This document shows positions 43,131 to 56,180 of a stretch of 64,000 nucleotides of DNA, one piece after another; within the stretch, counting starts at the first letter, position 1, and each line of letters opens with the position of its first letter. A program made the translations under genes and the position numbers. The DNA is from Octopus vulgaris (taxonomy: Eukaryota). The DNA lies in contig OX597814.1 of assembly GCA_951406725.2 (NCBI GenBank), positions 55,738,001 to 55,802,000 on the forward strand, given 5' to 3'. The notes beneath the pieces were generated by a model. That model did no database searches, had not been told where the DNA came from, and was given only the letters and a program-made list of their open reading frames with translations.

Positions 43131-46100
43131 ACATAGACAACCACTAGTTTCCTTGGATTCTAGATTTTATGATACATTTAATTAAATGACAATGAGGATG
43201 ACAATGATCATATATCATGATTATACTATATTTAATTGAATAAAAGCTTTTATGTTTATGATTTGTCATGCTGCCTAAAGAAGAACCACACCTAACTCAG
43301 CAGTATTCACTTTTTTTTCACCTTCATGAATTTTTAGCAGATTCACCTTCACATAAAAAGGATGAAGGACAAAGTTGGCTTTGGTGCAATTAGATTTCAG
43401 AACATAACACCGGAAGAAATGTCACTAAACATTTTGTCCGATATGCTAAGACTTCTGCCAGCTCACCATAAAATATTGACTAGAGTAAGTTAAAGTCTAT
43501 CATAATATTATTTTTATTAAACTTGAGAAACATCACATTCTATTATTAACCCTTTATCATTCAGATTGCTCCATCAAATGTAATGCTTATTTATCCACTT
43601 AGCAACCAAATCTCCCTTATATTATAGGATACTGTTTCAATTACACTATATCGGAGAAAAAAAAAAACATTAAAATTGGTACACCTTTGGTCAGTGTTGA
43701 TCTGGAGTTTAACAACGACCTTAGTTACTAAATTCAACCTAGTTATTCTACTCATCAAACCAATTAGTCTGTAAGTCGTCCAAGTTGATCTATAACTTCT
43801 CTAAATTCTTTAGCATGTCTCTCTCCAAATATTCACTATGGCATATTGATTTTGATTGCACAATACTAGCAATGCTGGTGGTTGTCATATGAAATGTTGG
43901 AAAATGTTTTTGAGTTTACTAACATCACTATATTCCTTACAAAAGCTAGTTATTACAATCTCTGATGACAAACTTTCATAGCAACAACAGCTACATTTGG
44001 TGCAGAATTCTCTTTTATATCATATTCTGTGTCACAAGTAGAAGAAATATCTCTCTGTGACAAAATTTACCTTGACATCAGCTATGCAGTGGAATGAAAA
44101 GATAGATCTGTGGGTCATACTTAGTCAATCAGTCAACTATGTACTATAGGTCTGCTTCAACAGAGCTGATTGGAGCTACACAACAAATACTTCAAATAAA
44201 AAGATTTCATATGAAAACTAGAAAATATTCATTGCTGATACTGTTGTTCTATTGTAAGTGCAGCTAACAAGAAGTTTATCATATTACATTTAGAATATTG
44301 TTTTTGAAGTGAATATTAAAACATTGTGCAGATGTATCTAATGCTCTATTCCAATTACCCCTTTGTCACCAGTACCTGTATATATAATCCGCCACACAAA
44401 AGAATAGTACTGCCCATTTTGTGAAGCATTCTTCTAGACTGTGACTTTTCAGAAAATAAGTAGAGCATCTGCTTGCTAATAAAACCTTCAATCATTATCA
44501 ATCTGAGCCTAGTCTTATCTAATTTTTAGCCTAAAAAATATACATCAATATCATTTTTATTTCACTCCAATCACATTATAACTTTCATAAATCAGCTATA
44601 TCATATTACTTCATTTTATTAGTAATAGTATCCCCAAGCTCTAAAATTTATCTCTGCAATTGACAATGGGTTGAATAGGTTAAATATATTTGCATCATCC
44701 TATTTGCTGCCATTTCAGTTAATTCTTTAAAGGTTACCTCAATCCAAAAGAATTTATCTGATACTTCTACTTTTAGTGACTAATAGCTATTACATATAAT
44801 ATAGTTTGTTACTGAAGTTATAAATTCAAAATTTTAAAAAGCAATATGTTAAAAATATTTTGCAATATTTTCCAGTCAGGTGAATTTTCCTTTTTTCTTA
44901 CCTTCCATTCTATACTTTGAAATTTCTTCATCTCATAATATTATGTATTATAATGAAGATAACAATATGCAAATGAAAATTGCTTTTTAATAAATTACAT
45001 TATTTTGTTGATTGTTGAGCCTATAATGGACTTTCTAATAATATAGAATGTTTATTGATCTTTATGCTACTGCCAGTAAAAACAGCTTTCTAAGCAGAAT
45101 AATTGTTTGCAGAATGAAGCACAAACTACTGTTATATTGTAAGAATAGCACACAACTCAAACTTTCCTGAGAATTTAACTTTATATATTGATCTAACATT
45201 GGTGTTGCTGAAGCTATAATATCTTTACTACTAGCAAAATGTGTTACATGTTTGTATAGCTGGGGTCTTAAATGTAGGTATATTGCTTTAAATCTTGTCA
45301 TTTCCCAATTTGGAGATCGTTGGAGCAAGCAGAATGATAAAGTAGAAGTTACATCTAAATACTTCAAGTACAAATCATTAATGCAGACTGGAACAACCTT
45401 TATAGTTCTCATTACATGTTCAAACAGCCACAAAGAAATACAACTCAGTATACCATAACACCATTTTAAAAAATATATTCTCCCCAACCAAAAAATAAAA
45501 TATAAAATACACAAATATATGCTAGAATAGCTGTGATTGATATTGATAGCCAAACTTGGTTTGGTATATATAAAAATCAAAGGCAATGAGACTGGCATGC
45601 ACAGATCATTTTATCTGTCTTTGCTGCAACAACAAAATACTTCAGTTATATTCAATCATAAAATGCAATCACTTTTTTGTCAGCACTATCACAAAGCAGA
45701 ACTAATTGTAGTTGAGTCTTATTAGATCAAAATAGTGAAAAATGAATTCAACAAAGAATGAATTTATTTATTATGTAAACCCCATCAAGAGATCTAAAAC
45801 AAAAAACACACTATTACAAAAACAAAGTTTTGGGAGAATAAATACAATAAGGTTTGTCCTAATGAAGATCCTACAATGAACCACTTCCCCACTCAATTGA
45901 TAGGAAATTTTAGTATGTATGGATAAACCCCGCACTAATTTTTTTATATGGCAGAAAATAGTATGTTCTTTAATCCTTATTTTCAAAGGGTTAATATAGC
46001 TATTACTTAGAATTTTAAAGCATTTATGAATTTAAAATGATTAATACATTTTCAAATTTGCTCATTTAGTAGAAATATCTTAGATGTCTTGGCAGTTTCA

Positions 46101-47134
46101 TTTTGTCAACAGAGAATCTTCTAGAATGTGGTCTTTAACATGATTCTTAAACCGCTCTCCATATGATCACTTTCACAGAATATATTTCAGAGGCAGTATT
46201 TCTCTGTCAATTGTTTGTGCTACTCTAGCTGAAAAGGTGCCAAGAACTTGTTTATGATCCTCTCTTAAACCAACATTTTCATGCACTATATTTGTATTGA
46301 CAAACATATTTCTATCATATCTCAACAATTTTCTCTTCTATTTTTCTAGAGGAAATGCACTTATCATACAATGTGTTTATTCTCGTATACTAATGTTCAT
46401 ATTTAATTCTTACTATCAATTCAATCAAATATAAACAATGTTTGTTTTGGTTTTAAACAATTTCGTCTTTGTGTCAGTATTTATTGCTGGACTTAATAGT
46501 GTAACCAAAACAAATTCAATATTGTTATACTTCAAACATGAATTTGGACCATTGTCCAAAGTAATGAAACATAATATTCCCCATCAACAAAACAGTCTCA
46601 AGGCAAAGTATTAATTAACTTTTTATGGATAAACTATTTTCTCAAATTATATTAAATGATAATCTTTATGAAATATTATTCAAAATAGCAGTCAGACAAG
46701 GACATGAGTAGTATGAAAAAGGGAGCCATAACTAAAATAGTAGTTTGAGTTGAAGTTGGCAGATATGAGAATGCTAATGTAAAAGCAAGTTAGGGAGATA
46801 GTAACTGCTGGAAATTGTTGAGGTGATGGAATGAAAAGAAAGGAATGCCATATAAATGTGAGAAGGGGTGGCCACAAATAAAGATGCAATGTATGTAATC
46901 AGTAGAGACTACCTTCAATTACTGATTTTAGACAAGATATTCTCATAGCAGTGGCTATCATGGTTAATTATACATTGTATCTGTAAACTAATAACATATG
47001 ATGTAACATGTATATACAAACATAGTACAACAGTTAAGACTGTTTTGAGTTAAAACTCAAGTTAATAAGAGTATATAATAAAGAATTGGAGTATTTGGAT
47101 TTCCAGACAACTTAATTACATTGAGCATTAGGAG

Positions 47135-47175
47135 CAACTAAGTCATGTGTTCTAGTAGAACACATGACTTAGTTG
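47135..47175. repeat. Perfect 41-bp palindrome (20-bp arms, 1-nt spacer)
   Basis: caactaagtcatgtgttcta g tagaacacatgacttagttg. Confidence 0.95.
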
Positions 47176-48967
47176 TAGACATCTTATAAACAGACATCTT
47201 ATATTAGAGAAAGAATGCAGTGGTATTTGACAAAAGGTGACCAATACTAATTATACATTATATCACATAGTATATAATGCAATTTATTGAAGATTCATTT
47301 GTGAAGATGTTTTCTATCAAGAGTTTTCTATCAGGATGTTATTTATCTGTGAAAATGTTTTCTACCAAAATATTTCCTATCATGCCTTTAATCAACCATG
47401 ATCTTTCAGTTCCAGAAATCAGTTGTTGTACAAGTATGATAGCTATTGTAAATACTTTTGAACATATAAAGAGAAAATGAAGAACCTGTATCTCATGCAT
47501 TGTTTAATATTTTGTAGATCATTCTGGGTTTTTTTATACCATCCTCTCATTTTCACCTCCTAGTAAGAAAATATCTACAATTAATCTTTTAGCCGAACAC
47601 TGTAAAAATGCAATCATCATCATCATCATCACAAAAAATGGCAATAAAAATGTATAAAGTAAAATCTACTTATTAATTTACTGCCCTTTTTTTTTTTAAT
47701 ACTGTAGAGATTTCTAAGACTAGTTTTAAGCTAAATCATTATTAACAAATTACATTATTGTTAACATAATTGATGTGATGAAATGTTTTTAAACTAAACT
47801 GACTGAAAAAATTATTAGATAGTAAAAAAAGAAGGAAAAAGAAACAACAATATTACCTAGCTAACACAACATTTTAGGTAGATCAGTATTGATGATTCCT
47901 TTCTCTTTTTTAACCATCAAATAATTTTCTCAGGAGGTTCAATTAAAAAAAAATTCATATACTGTTATCATGCCAATTTTGATAACAATAATGTAATCTG
48001 TCAATGAGCTAGCTTAAACTAGTCTTAGAAATACTATTTGCAGTAGTAAGAAGAAATAGTAAGTTAATAAGTTGATTTGATTTTATAAATTATTTCCATT
48101 TTTACATTTTATTTTCTTCATTTATTTTCCTTTTATAGTTTAAACTTAAAATAAACACACATGTACACAAAAAAAATAAAGCAAAACAATATTAAAACTA
48201 TTTTCTAGCATTAAATTTTAAAAACTTTATCCTTGAATATATTCTAGCTTTTTGTTTGCAACAAGTTTCAATAGTCATACTAAAGTAGAGTCAAGAGATT
48301 AATGTAGCTTTTCAGGGTAAGATTCAAATCTTCCTCTCATTTTCAACTTACAAAATACTTAATTCTGAACTATCAGTAATCTTTGAACGGTTTCTAATTC
48401 TCTAAAGGAGCAAAATCTTCAGTTAAATGTGTTAAGTTTCATAACAACCACAAACAATCTTTTTAATAAGTGATTAGAAACTGAAAAGTGTTTCTACTTG
48501 GCATTCTTCACAATAAGAAGTTCTAGAGCAACAAATATTACAAAACATATAATTTGATCATAACTGCAGTAAATACCCCCATGAAAACAACCAGAAAACC
48601 TAATGAACATAAATGATTATCAAACATTTGATATTTACTTATGCCAGCAACTACAGACATTTTATCTAAACTTTGATCTAAACAAATATTCTAAAAGGAT
48701 GAGTTTTCTATGCCATTGTTTCAGCAATCAACAAATATCTATAGAAGATATATGTTTGCTCTTCTAATATAGATGTATATTAGACACACATTTGCTCTTG
48801 AGTAAAGAAGACTCATGGGGAAAAAATGAGATTAGTTATTTATGAATTTCATGACATTACAAACCAACCAGAAATATTTTATTGTTTATAAACACAAAAT
48901 AAACACTAAATGTTTCAAGAATTATTTCTGAATTATCATTACAAGAGTATTTTTAATTTTCTTTTCC

Positions 48968-49366
48968 CGTGGTTATGTGTTAAGAAGCTTGCTTCTCAAC
49001 CATATGGTCTTGGGTTAAGTCTCACAGTGTGACACCATGGACAACTGTTTTCTACTATAATCCTGAGATGATCAAAGCCTTATGAGTGGATTTGGTAGAC
49101 AGAAAGTGAAAGAAGCCATGATATATGTGTGTGTGTGTGTTTGTGTGTACCCTTGTCTAGGCATCACATGATGGCTGGTTGTTCATTTCCAATATTCTAT
49201 GTAAAACATCTTTGGTCATGGGGAAATATTACCTTTTTGTAAACAGGTGAAGGTTGGTGACAGAAAGAGCATCCAGATGTAGTAAATCTGGCTCAACAAA
49301 TTCCACCTAACCCATGCAAGCATAGAAAATGATGATGACGATGATGATGATGACAATGATGTTGAT
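48968..49366 (+). mobile_element. SINE family B with RTE-derived 3' tail
   Basis: tRNA-like head and core, (TG)n, then gcatccagatgtag...cccatgcaagcatagaaa(gat)n matching the RTE 3' end. Confidence 0.75.
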
Positions 49367-50000
49367 GAACAGTAAATTATTATGACCATCAATACTGTAA
49401 ATGGATTTGAAACACATTAAGCATAGATAGAGGCAAGCTTTTTCTTCAGTTTTTGTTTATATATATTTTACTTTATTACCAATGCATGCCATCTATTCTA
49501 GAGCTAATGAGGAAGGTTCTGCACAGTTGCTTGACCTGCAGGCAAACACTAGATAAATCACTCTCAAACCACATTATATCATCTTAAAAAAAAGGAAGGC
49601 CATACTAGACAATATAGTTTTTGATACAATGAAAAAAGAAGGGATGGTCAGGGTAGAATACCTTTCATCATAGGTCTGCTCAATCAGGGATGACCAGGAG
49701 CTTATGCTCAACAACAAGCTTAATTAAGAAGAGAATTTTTATCTTTTAAAATGGGGAAAAATTTGTAAAAAGAAATATTTATTAAAGAAGGTATGTGAGA
49801 ATCGAACCTAGGGTATATTCCAACTGAAGATGGAAATTTTCCTAAAATCTAAATATATTAATCAAGATAGAAGGTGGTAAAGAAATGAGATAAGGTAAAG
49901 GTATTTTATTATTATTGTTTTGTTTTGTTTTGTTTTTCATGGTGGTAAGCTAGCAAGATCATCAGAGGGCTGACAAAAATGTTTTGGCTGTGTGCTTAAA

Positions 50001-50456
50001 AGACTGGAGTCTGGTGCAGCCTTCCAGCTCCGATCAAATTGTCCAACCCATGCCAGCATGGACAATGGATGTTAAATGATGATGATGATGGTACTGATTC
50101 TTTCAGCTCGCTGCTTTAATGTAAAAGAATCAAAAAGACCATGTATGTGAGATTGTGCCAGTGGCTGCAGGTTCATAACCAATAATTTGATGTAAAATAC
50201 AAAGTAACCACACAGTTAAAGTTTAACTGTGTGGTTATTTTGTATTTTACATCAAACTATTGGGGTATGAACCTGCAGCCACTGACACAATCTCACATAC
50301 ATGGTCTTTTTTATTCTTTTACATTAAAGCAGCGAACTGGAAGAATCAGTACCATCATCATCATCATCATTATTTAACATCCATTGTCCATGCTGGCATG
50401 GGTTGGACAATTTGATCAGGCCTGGTAAGCTAGAAGGCTGCACCTGACTCCAGTCT
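50001..50456. repeat. ~455-bp fold-back palindrome centred at 50221
   Basis: ...cacagttaaa g tttaactgtg...; arms include the RTE tail and non-repeat DNA. Confidence 0.92.
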
Positions 50457-50690
50457 GATTTGGGATGGTTTTCTACAGCTGGATGCCCTTCCTATTGCCA
50501 ACCATTCTGAGAGTGTAATGGGTGCTTTTACGTGCCACTGGCATGAGTGCCATTTGCGTGATACCGGTATCTGTCATGAGTGCGATTTTGCTTGGCTTGA
50601 TGGATCTTCTCTAACATGACATAATGCCAAAGGTCTCAGTCATTGCCTCCATGAGGCCCAACACTCAAAAGGAACTCAGCTACTTTGCCA
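50353..50690 (-). mobile_element. RTE 3' UTR fragment
   Basis: catcatcat...ccatgctggcatgggttggac...gggtgcttttacgtgccac matches 25741-25930. Confidence 0.85.
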
Positions 50691-51105
50691 CTTAGCATGT
50701 CAGACAAAATGCTTAGTTACATTTCTTCTGACTCATTACATTGAGTTCAAAAACTGCTGTGTTCAACTTTGCCTTTATCTTTTTAGGGTGATTAAAATAA
50801 GTACCAGTTGAATACTAGGGTCAATGTAATCAACTAATCCCCTATCCCTAAAATTACTGGCTTTGTTACAAAAATTTGAGATGATTATTATTTAGGGTTG
50901 TGAGCAGGCAGAACTCTTAACACACTGAAGAAAATGCTTAATGGAATTTCTTCTTATGTTCTGAGTTCAAATGATGCTGAGGTTAACTTTGCCTTTCATC
51001 CTTCTGGGGTCAATAGAATAAGTGCCAGTTGAGCACTTGGGTTGATATAATTGACTAGCCCCTCTCCATCTTCAAATTTCAGGTCTTGTGTCTATAATAG
51101 AAAGA
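50690..51105 (+). mobile_element. Two tandem SINE family A copies
   Basis: gagttcaaa...actttgccttt...aagtaccagttg. Confidence 0.75.
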
Positions 51106-51938
51106 ACTATTTATTTATTTTATTGTTTTAGATATTTCTTAGACAAGTGAATTAGCATCATAATGAAATCAATGTACTTGTAAAGTGCACCACAAAATAG
51201 AATAGAGAGACATAGTAATTGATATATTTCTAATATTACAGGGACATTAATTAACAAAGTGTGCATAGTATCAAATGCCTTGTGTAAATGAACAAAAACA
51301 CCATGAACATATTGTTCAGAAATTAGAATCAGATGAGTAATTTAATATTATTATTTACTAAAAGATTAGCAAGAAGGCAGTAAAAGAAGGCTTTAGAAAA
51401 ATTGAGAAAATGTAGTTAGTTTTAAGGATAAAATGTTAAAGATAAAATCCCATGGAAATTGAATATATGGCGACCTGCCCAATATATACAAGTAAATATG
51501 AAGCAAATGTTTATGATTCATGCAAGCATATACATATCTTTTTACTAGGAAGTAAAGAAAAATAAATCCTAATATCTGTATGGTGGGCCTGTCAATAAAA
51601 CCCATCAACATAAAATGTTTTTCTATATATTCTTTATTCAAACAGGATGAGAATTTAATATAGAAAGCTGAAAATATATCCATATTATGATATGAATTTT
51701 ATCTATAAAGATTGTGTGCATATATAAGTAAAGTTGGTTGAAGGTTGACACCTTTCACAAATGAGATCATCTTCATATTCAGCCAGACAAATATTTTTTA
51801 GTCAATAAGATTTTAGATGCAATAAAGAAAAACCCAATTGGGAGAATAAACAAGATTCATTTACCAGAGATGAATACAAATATAAATCCGAAAGATCAAT
51901 TTACAAGGTCACAAAAGTGTTGTTTTTTTCATTTTTTT

Positions 51939-51979
<41 letters not shown>

Positions 51980-51982
<3 letters not shown>

Positions 51983-52185
51983 TCTTCTATAATTTTGGCA
52001 CAAAGCCAGCAGTTTTGAGGGAAAGGTGCAAGTTCATTACATCAACCCCAGTACTTGACTGGTACTGATTTCATCAACTCCCAAAAGATGGAAGACAAAA
52101 TTGACCTTGGCAAAATTGAAACTAACATTGTAAAAAGCTGGAAAAAATGCCACTAAATATTGGTCCAACGCACTAACAATTCTCT
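51980..52185 (-). mobile_element. SINE family A next to (AAT)n
   Basis: acatcaaccccagtacttgactggtac...; (AAT)n at 51939-51980. Confidence 0.7.
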
Positions 52186-52471
52186 TAACTAGTAGTGACT
52201 TCTCTTGAAAATAGACAAAATTTGGCATTGTGCTGTTATCAAGTACCTGCAGAAAAAAGGTTTAGCCCCCAATGACATTCATGCTGACATAGTTGCTACT
52301 TTAGGGGATGATGCTCCAGCTTTATCAACAGTGCAAACATGGGCAGCTGAATTTAGAAGAAGGGAGAGTCTTGAAGATGACAAAGTCTGGATGTCATGCA
52401 ACTGCCCCCACTGAGGAAAACATTGATCATTTTCATCACAGGCAATTTACTATAAATCAAATAGCCATTGC

Positions 52472-54147
52472 TCAGGATTGCAAAGCAGTGTATCAGACAA
52501 AATAGAGATGTGGTGTGTGATAAATGTGTGTGAATGGATAATAGTATGCTTGCTCTTAGTGACTCAGTGAAGAAAGATGCATGGAAGTCTCATTATGAAA
52601 GGTTACTAAATGTGGAAAATGAATGGGAGAAGGGGAGTCTACCAAATATCGAACCAATTGAAGAACCAGTCATCAGAGTTGATAGAAGAATAATTAAGGA
52701 CATGAAGACAGGGAATCAGTGCCAAAATGATTAAAATTTCCAGTGGTGTAGGATACAGTTTAGTCACCCATATAGTTAATCAAGTTATTCAGGAAGGCAC
52801 CATCCTCAATGACTGATCTAGTAGTATTATAGTTAGCTGCTACAAGGTGATGCCTTAGATAGAAACAAATACCGAGGTATTAAATTGCTAGACCAAGTCA
52901 TTAAAGTTACTGAGAGGGTTATAGATGAATTAATTAGAAACAGAATTAAATAGATGAGATGCAGTTTGGTTTTGTACCTGGGAAGATTACCACAGATGCT
53001 ATCTTCCGAGTGAGACAGCTGCGGAAGAGTACTTGGCCAAAAGTAAGCCTTTGTACTTAGCCTTCGTCGATCTGGGGAAAGCTTTTGACAGAGTTCCCTG
53101 CTCTGTTATATGGTGGTCTCTAAGAAAGTTAGGAGTAGGGGAGTGACTTGTTAGAGCTGTACAAGGTATATACATATTTCTTTACTACCCACAAGGGGCT
53201 AAACACAGAGAGGACAAACAAGGACAGACAAACGGATTAAGTCAATTATATCGACCCCAGTGTGTAACTGGTACTTAATTTATCAACCCCGAAAGGATGA
53301 AAGGCAAAGTCGACCTTGGCAGAATTTGAACTCAGAACGTAACGGCAGACGAAATACAGCTACGCATTTCGTCCGGCGTGCTAACGTTTCTGCTAGCTCA
53401 CCGCCTTAAGGTATATACAGTGGTGCTGTCAGTAAGATGGGAGTCAGCCATGAATATAGTGATGAATTTAGCATACAGGTAGGGGTTCACCAAGGCTCAG
53501 TTCTCAACCCACTCTTATTCATTATAGTCTTCCAAGCTATAACAGAGGAATTCAAAACTGGGTGCCCATGGGAACTATTACATGCTCTTACCTTACTCTT
53601 ATTGCAGAATCTTTAGCAGAATTAAAGAAGAAATTCCAGGTATGGAAACAAAACCTGGAACCAAAGGGCCTTAAAGTTAACTGAGCTAAGGCCAAAGTTG
53701 TTGTTAGTAAGAAGATAAAACTCATTTTTCATTAGGTAAATAGCTCTGTTCAGTATGTAGGAAAGGGGTTGGAAGAAAGTCCATTCACTGATCCTAGTGT
53801 AAAGTATGGACACATAAGAGGTGCAGTGGAATCACAGGTAGATTAACAGATAAAGTAGTCTTTGTATGTGGCAGATGTGCAGGAACAATAAATACTAAGA
53901 GCACACATGACTTAAATTCTCTCAAATGCCCAGGAAGCTCTTTTGAAGTTGTAGATAGTTTCTGTTACCTAGGTGACCAAATTAGCAATGGTGGAGAATG
54001 CTCTACAAGTATTGTTTCTGTAAAAATCCTGCCAAAACAGTCACAGAAGTCTGGTGCAGGCTTCTGCCTGGCCAGCTATTGTGAAACTGTTCAACCCATG
54101 CTAGCATGGAAGGCAGACATTAAACGATGATGATGATGATGATGATA
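52472..54147 (+). mobile_element. RTE LINE fragment (RT, PHD finger, internal deletion, tail)
   Basis: RIAKQCIRQNRDVV, WKSHYERLLN, QFGF, GVHQGSVL, CSVCRKGVG...WTHKRC...CGRC; ccatgctagcatgg...(gat)n. Confidence 0.9.
53175..53407 (-). mobile_element. Intact SINE family A with a 12-bp TSD
   Basis: TSD aaggtatataca at 53163-53174 and 53408-53419; A-box-like agctagcagaaacgttagc and B-box gagttcaaattc. Confidence 0.92.
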
Positions 54148-55624
54148 ATATCCTGTGTGAGAATTTAGAATATTTTGCACAATGAACTTGGCATGATGAA
54201 GGTCTCTGCTCAGTGGGTGCCACAATTTCTGACACCTGATCAAAAGTGCACCAGACTGATCATATCATGGGAAAATATGACATTGTTTGAAGCAAATCCA
54301 GCTGGTTTCCTTGAATCTTTCCTAACTCAGTATAAGTGTTAGCTTCATCTCTTTGAGCTAGAGATGAAGAGAAAATCTTCGGAGTGGAAACACCCTTCCT
54401 TACCTGATCCAAAGGTCGTTTCATCTGCAAGGAAGGTGATGGCAGTAGTTTTTTTGTGATGCGAAAGGCATTGTGTTTATTGTTTATTGACTGTCTTCAA
54501 AAGGTCCACACCATCAATGGAAAGTACTTTGCCAACTTGCTGAAGCACTTACAAAAGGCTATTAAGATCAAATGACAAAGAAAACTGATGGAAGGAGTCT
54601 TGTTTCACCAGGACAATGCTTCAGCACTCAAGACCTTGGTTCCAATGGCTACTGTGCATGACTGTGGCTTTGAACTGGTTGATTAGCCTCCTTATTCTCC
54701 TGATTTCGCCTCAACTTACTATCATCTGTTCCCCAACATGAAAAAACACTTGACTGGAAACTAGTATCACAGTGATGATGATGATGTCATATCTGCTGTT
54801 GATGACTTTTTCGATTAACAGGATGAAAGCTTCTTCACCAATGGGATCCAAGTGCTGCAACACCAATGGAAGAAGCATGTGGACTGCAAGAGGGACTATG
54901 TTGAAAAATAAACTTCACTTCATCACATTCCTTGAGAGTATTTTGGTCAACTTATGAACTTTTCAGCCAACCCTTGTAGATGGGTTTTCAGCTCATAGGG
55001 TAATGGCAGGATGGTCACAGTTTGAACATCTTCACTTATAGATCTGTTTGGTGGTCAAATTTGTGACAAGACAACTTTTGAGAATAGTGAAAGGATTTAA
55101 CACTGAAGGTAGAGTGGTTGTAAAAATAAAAAAGTTGTATGATCATTGTCATCATCATTTAACATGTCTTCCATGTTGGCATGGGTTAGATGTTTCAACA
55201 GGAATTGGTCAGCCAGAGAACTGCACATGTTTCAACGTGTGCTTTGACATAGTTTCTATGGGTTGATGCCCTTCCTAATACCAATCACTTTGCAAAGTGT
55301 ACTGGGTGCCTTTTATGTGATATCAGTGACAATAAAGAGAATTCTTAGAGAAACTGGTAATACCTTTGAATGAAAGTGTTTATCATTTCATTTAACAAGC
55401 CAGTGAGCATAAATGCACAATTTGGAGATATTCCAATCAGTACAAAAACGTTCATTGTTAGGACTTTAATGATGAAAGATGTTTCTTAAGCTGCTATATG
55501 GAGGATGGAAGGTGAAACTCATTCTGCGAGCAAACAAATGCAGAAACAAAGACTTAGACATTGAAATAATCTAGCCACTCCCTTCGCTGATTCTAAGGAT
55601 TGGTACTTTGACCAAATCCAATGG

Positions 55625-55836
55625 TTTTGAATTTAGGCAAAAGGCCAGCAAGGTTGGGAAAGGGGGATAGTCGATTACATCAACCCCAGTGCTTGACTGA
55701 TACATATTTTATCTGTCCTGAAAGGATGAAAGGCAAGATCAACCTTGGTGGAGTTTGAATTCAGAGCATAAAGAAGGATGAAATGCTGTCAAGCATTCTG
55801 CCTGACCTGATAATGATTCTACCAGCTTGCCACCTT
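55625..55836 (-). mobile_element. SINE family A
   Basis: gaaaggatgaaaggcaag...gccacctt. Confidence 0.75.
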
Positions 55837-56180
55837 AAGCTATATATAAATAGTAATAGACAAATAGATAGAAAACAAAATTTACAAATGAAATATTTTT
55901 GAATAGATAGATAGAAGATTACTCAAATAGGTGTTCATATATAATTCTAAAGCCTTCAGCTGATTGTTTGAGGCCTTAGTAATTTGGCCATAGTATATCT
56001 AGGTTTATGAAAGTATGTGTGTGTGTGTGTGTGTGTGCATGTTCACATATTTGTGCGTGTGTGTGTGTGAGGGGAGAGCTGTAGTACATGTTTACAAATC
56101 AGTTACGATAAGCTATGACATGTAACAATACCAGCTACAATACCTGGACTATTGTACAATACTGCCAATGTATTTGTAAA

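Larger units (their letters stand above)
52196..54979 (+). mobile_element. Mariner transposon split by an RTE insertion (mariner parts 52196-52471 and ~54148-54979)
   Basis: AVIKYLQKKGLAPNDIH...LSTVQTWAAEF; resumes with ELGMMKVSAQWVP, FHQDNA, PPYSPD...YHLFP; right TIR ...ttcagccaacccttgta. Confidence 0.88.

Noticed and set aside
19379-44529. Spliced minus-strand gene model (44371-44529, 21524-21570, 19379-19532)
   Set aside because: Phases are compatible but the ~106-aa product is unrecognisable and could arise by chance; needs RNA evidence
45062-45598. 178-aa minus-strand ORF
   Set aside because: No recognisable motif and composition typical of AT-rich non-coding DNA; not called as CDS
53300-53407. 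tRNA gene
   Set aside because: A/B-box-like head of a SINE with a TSD; no complete cloverleaf
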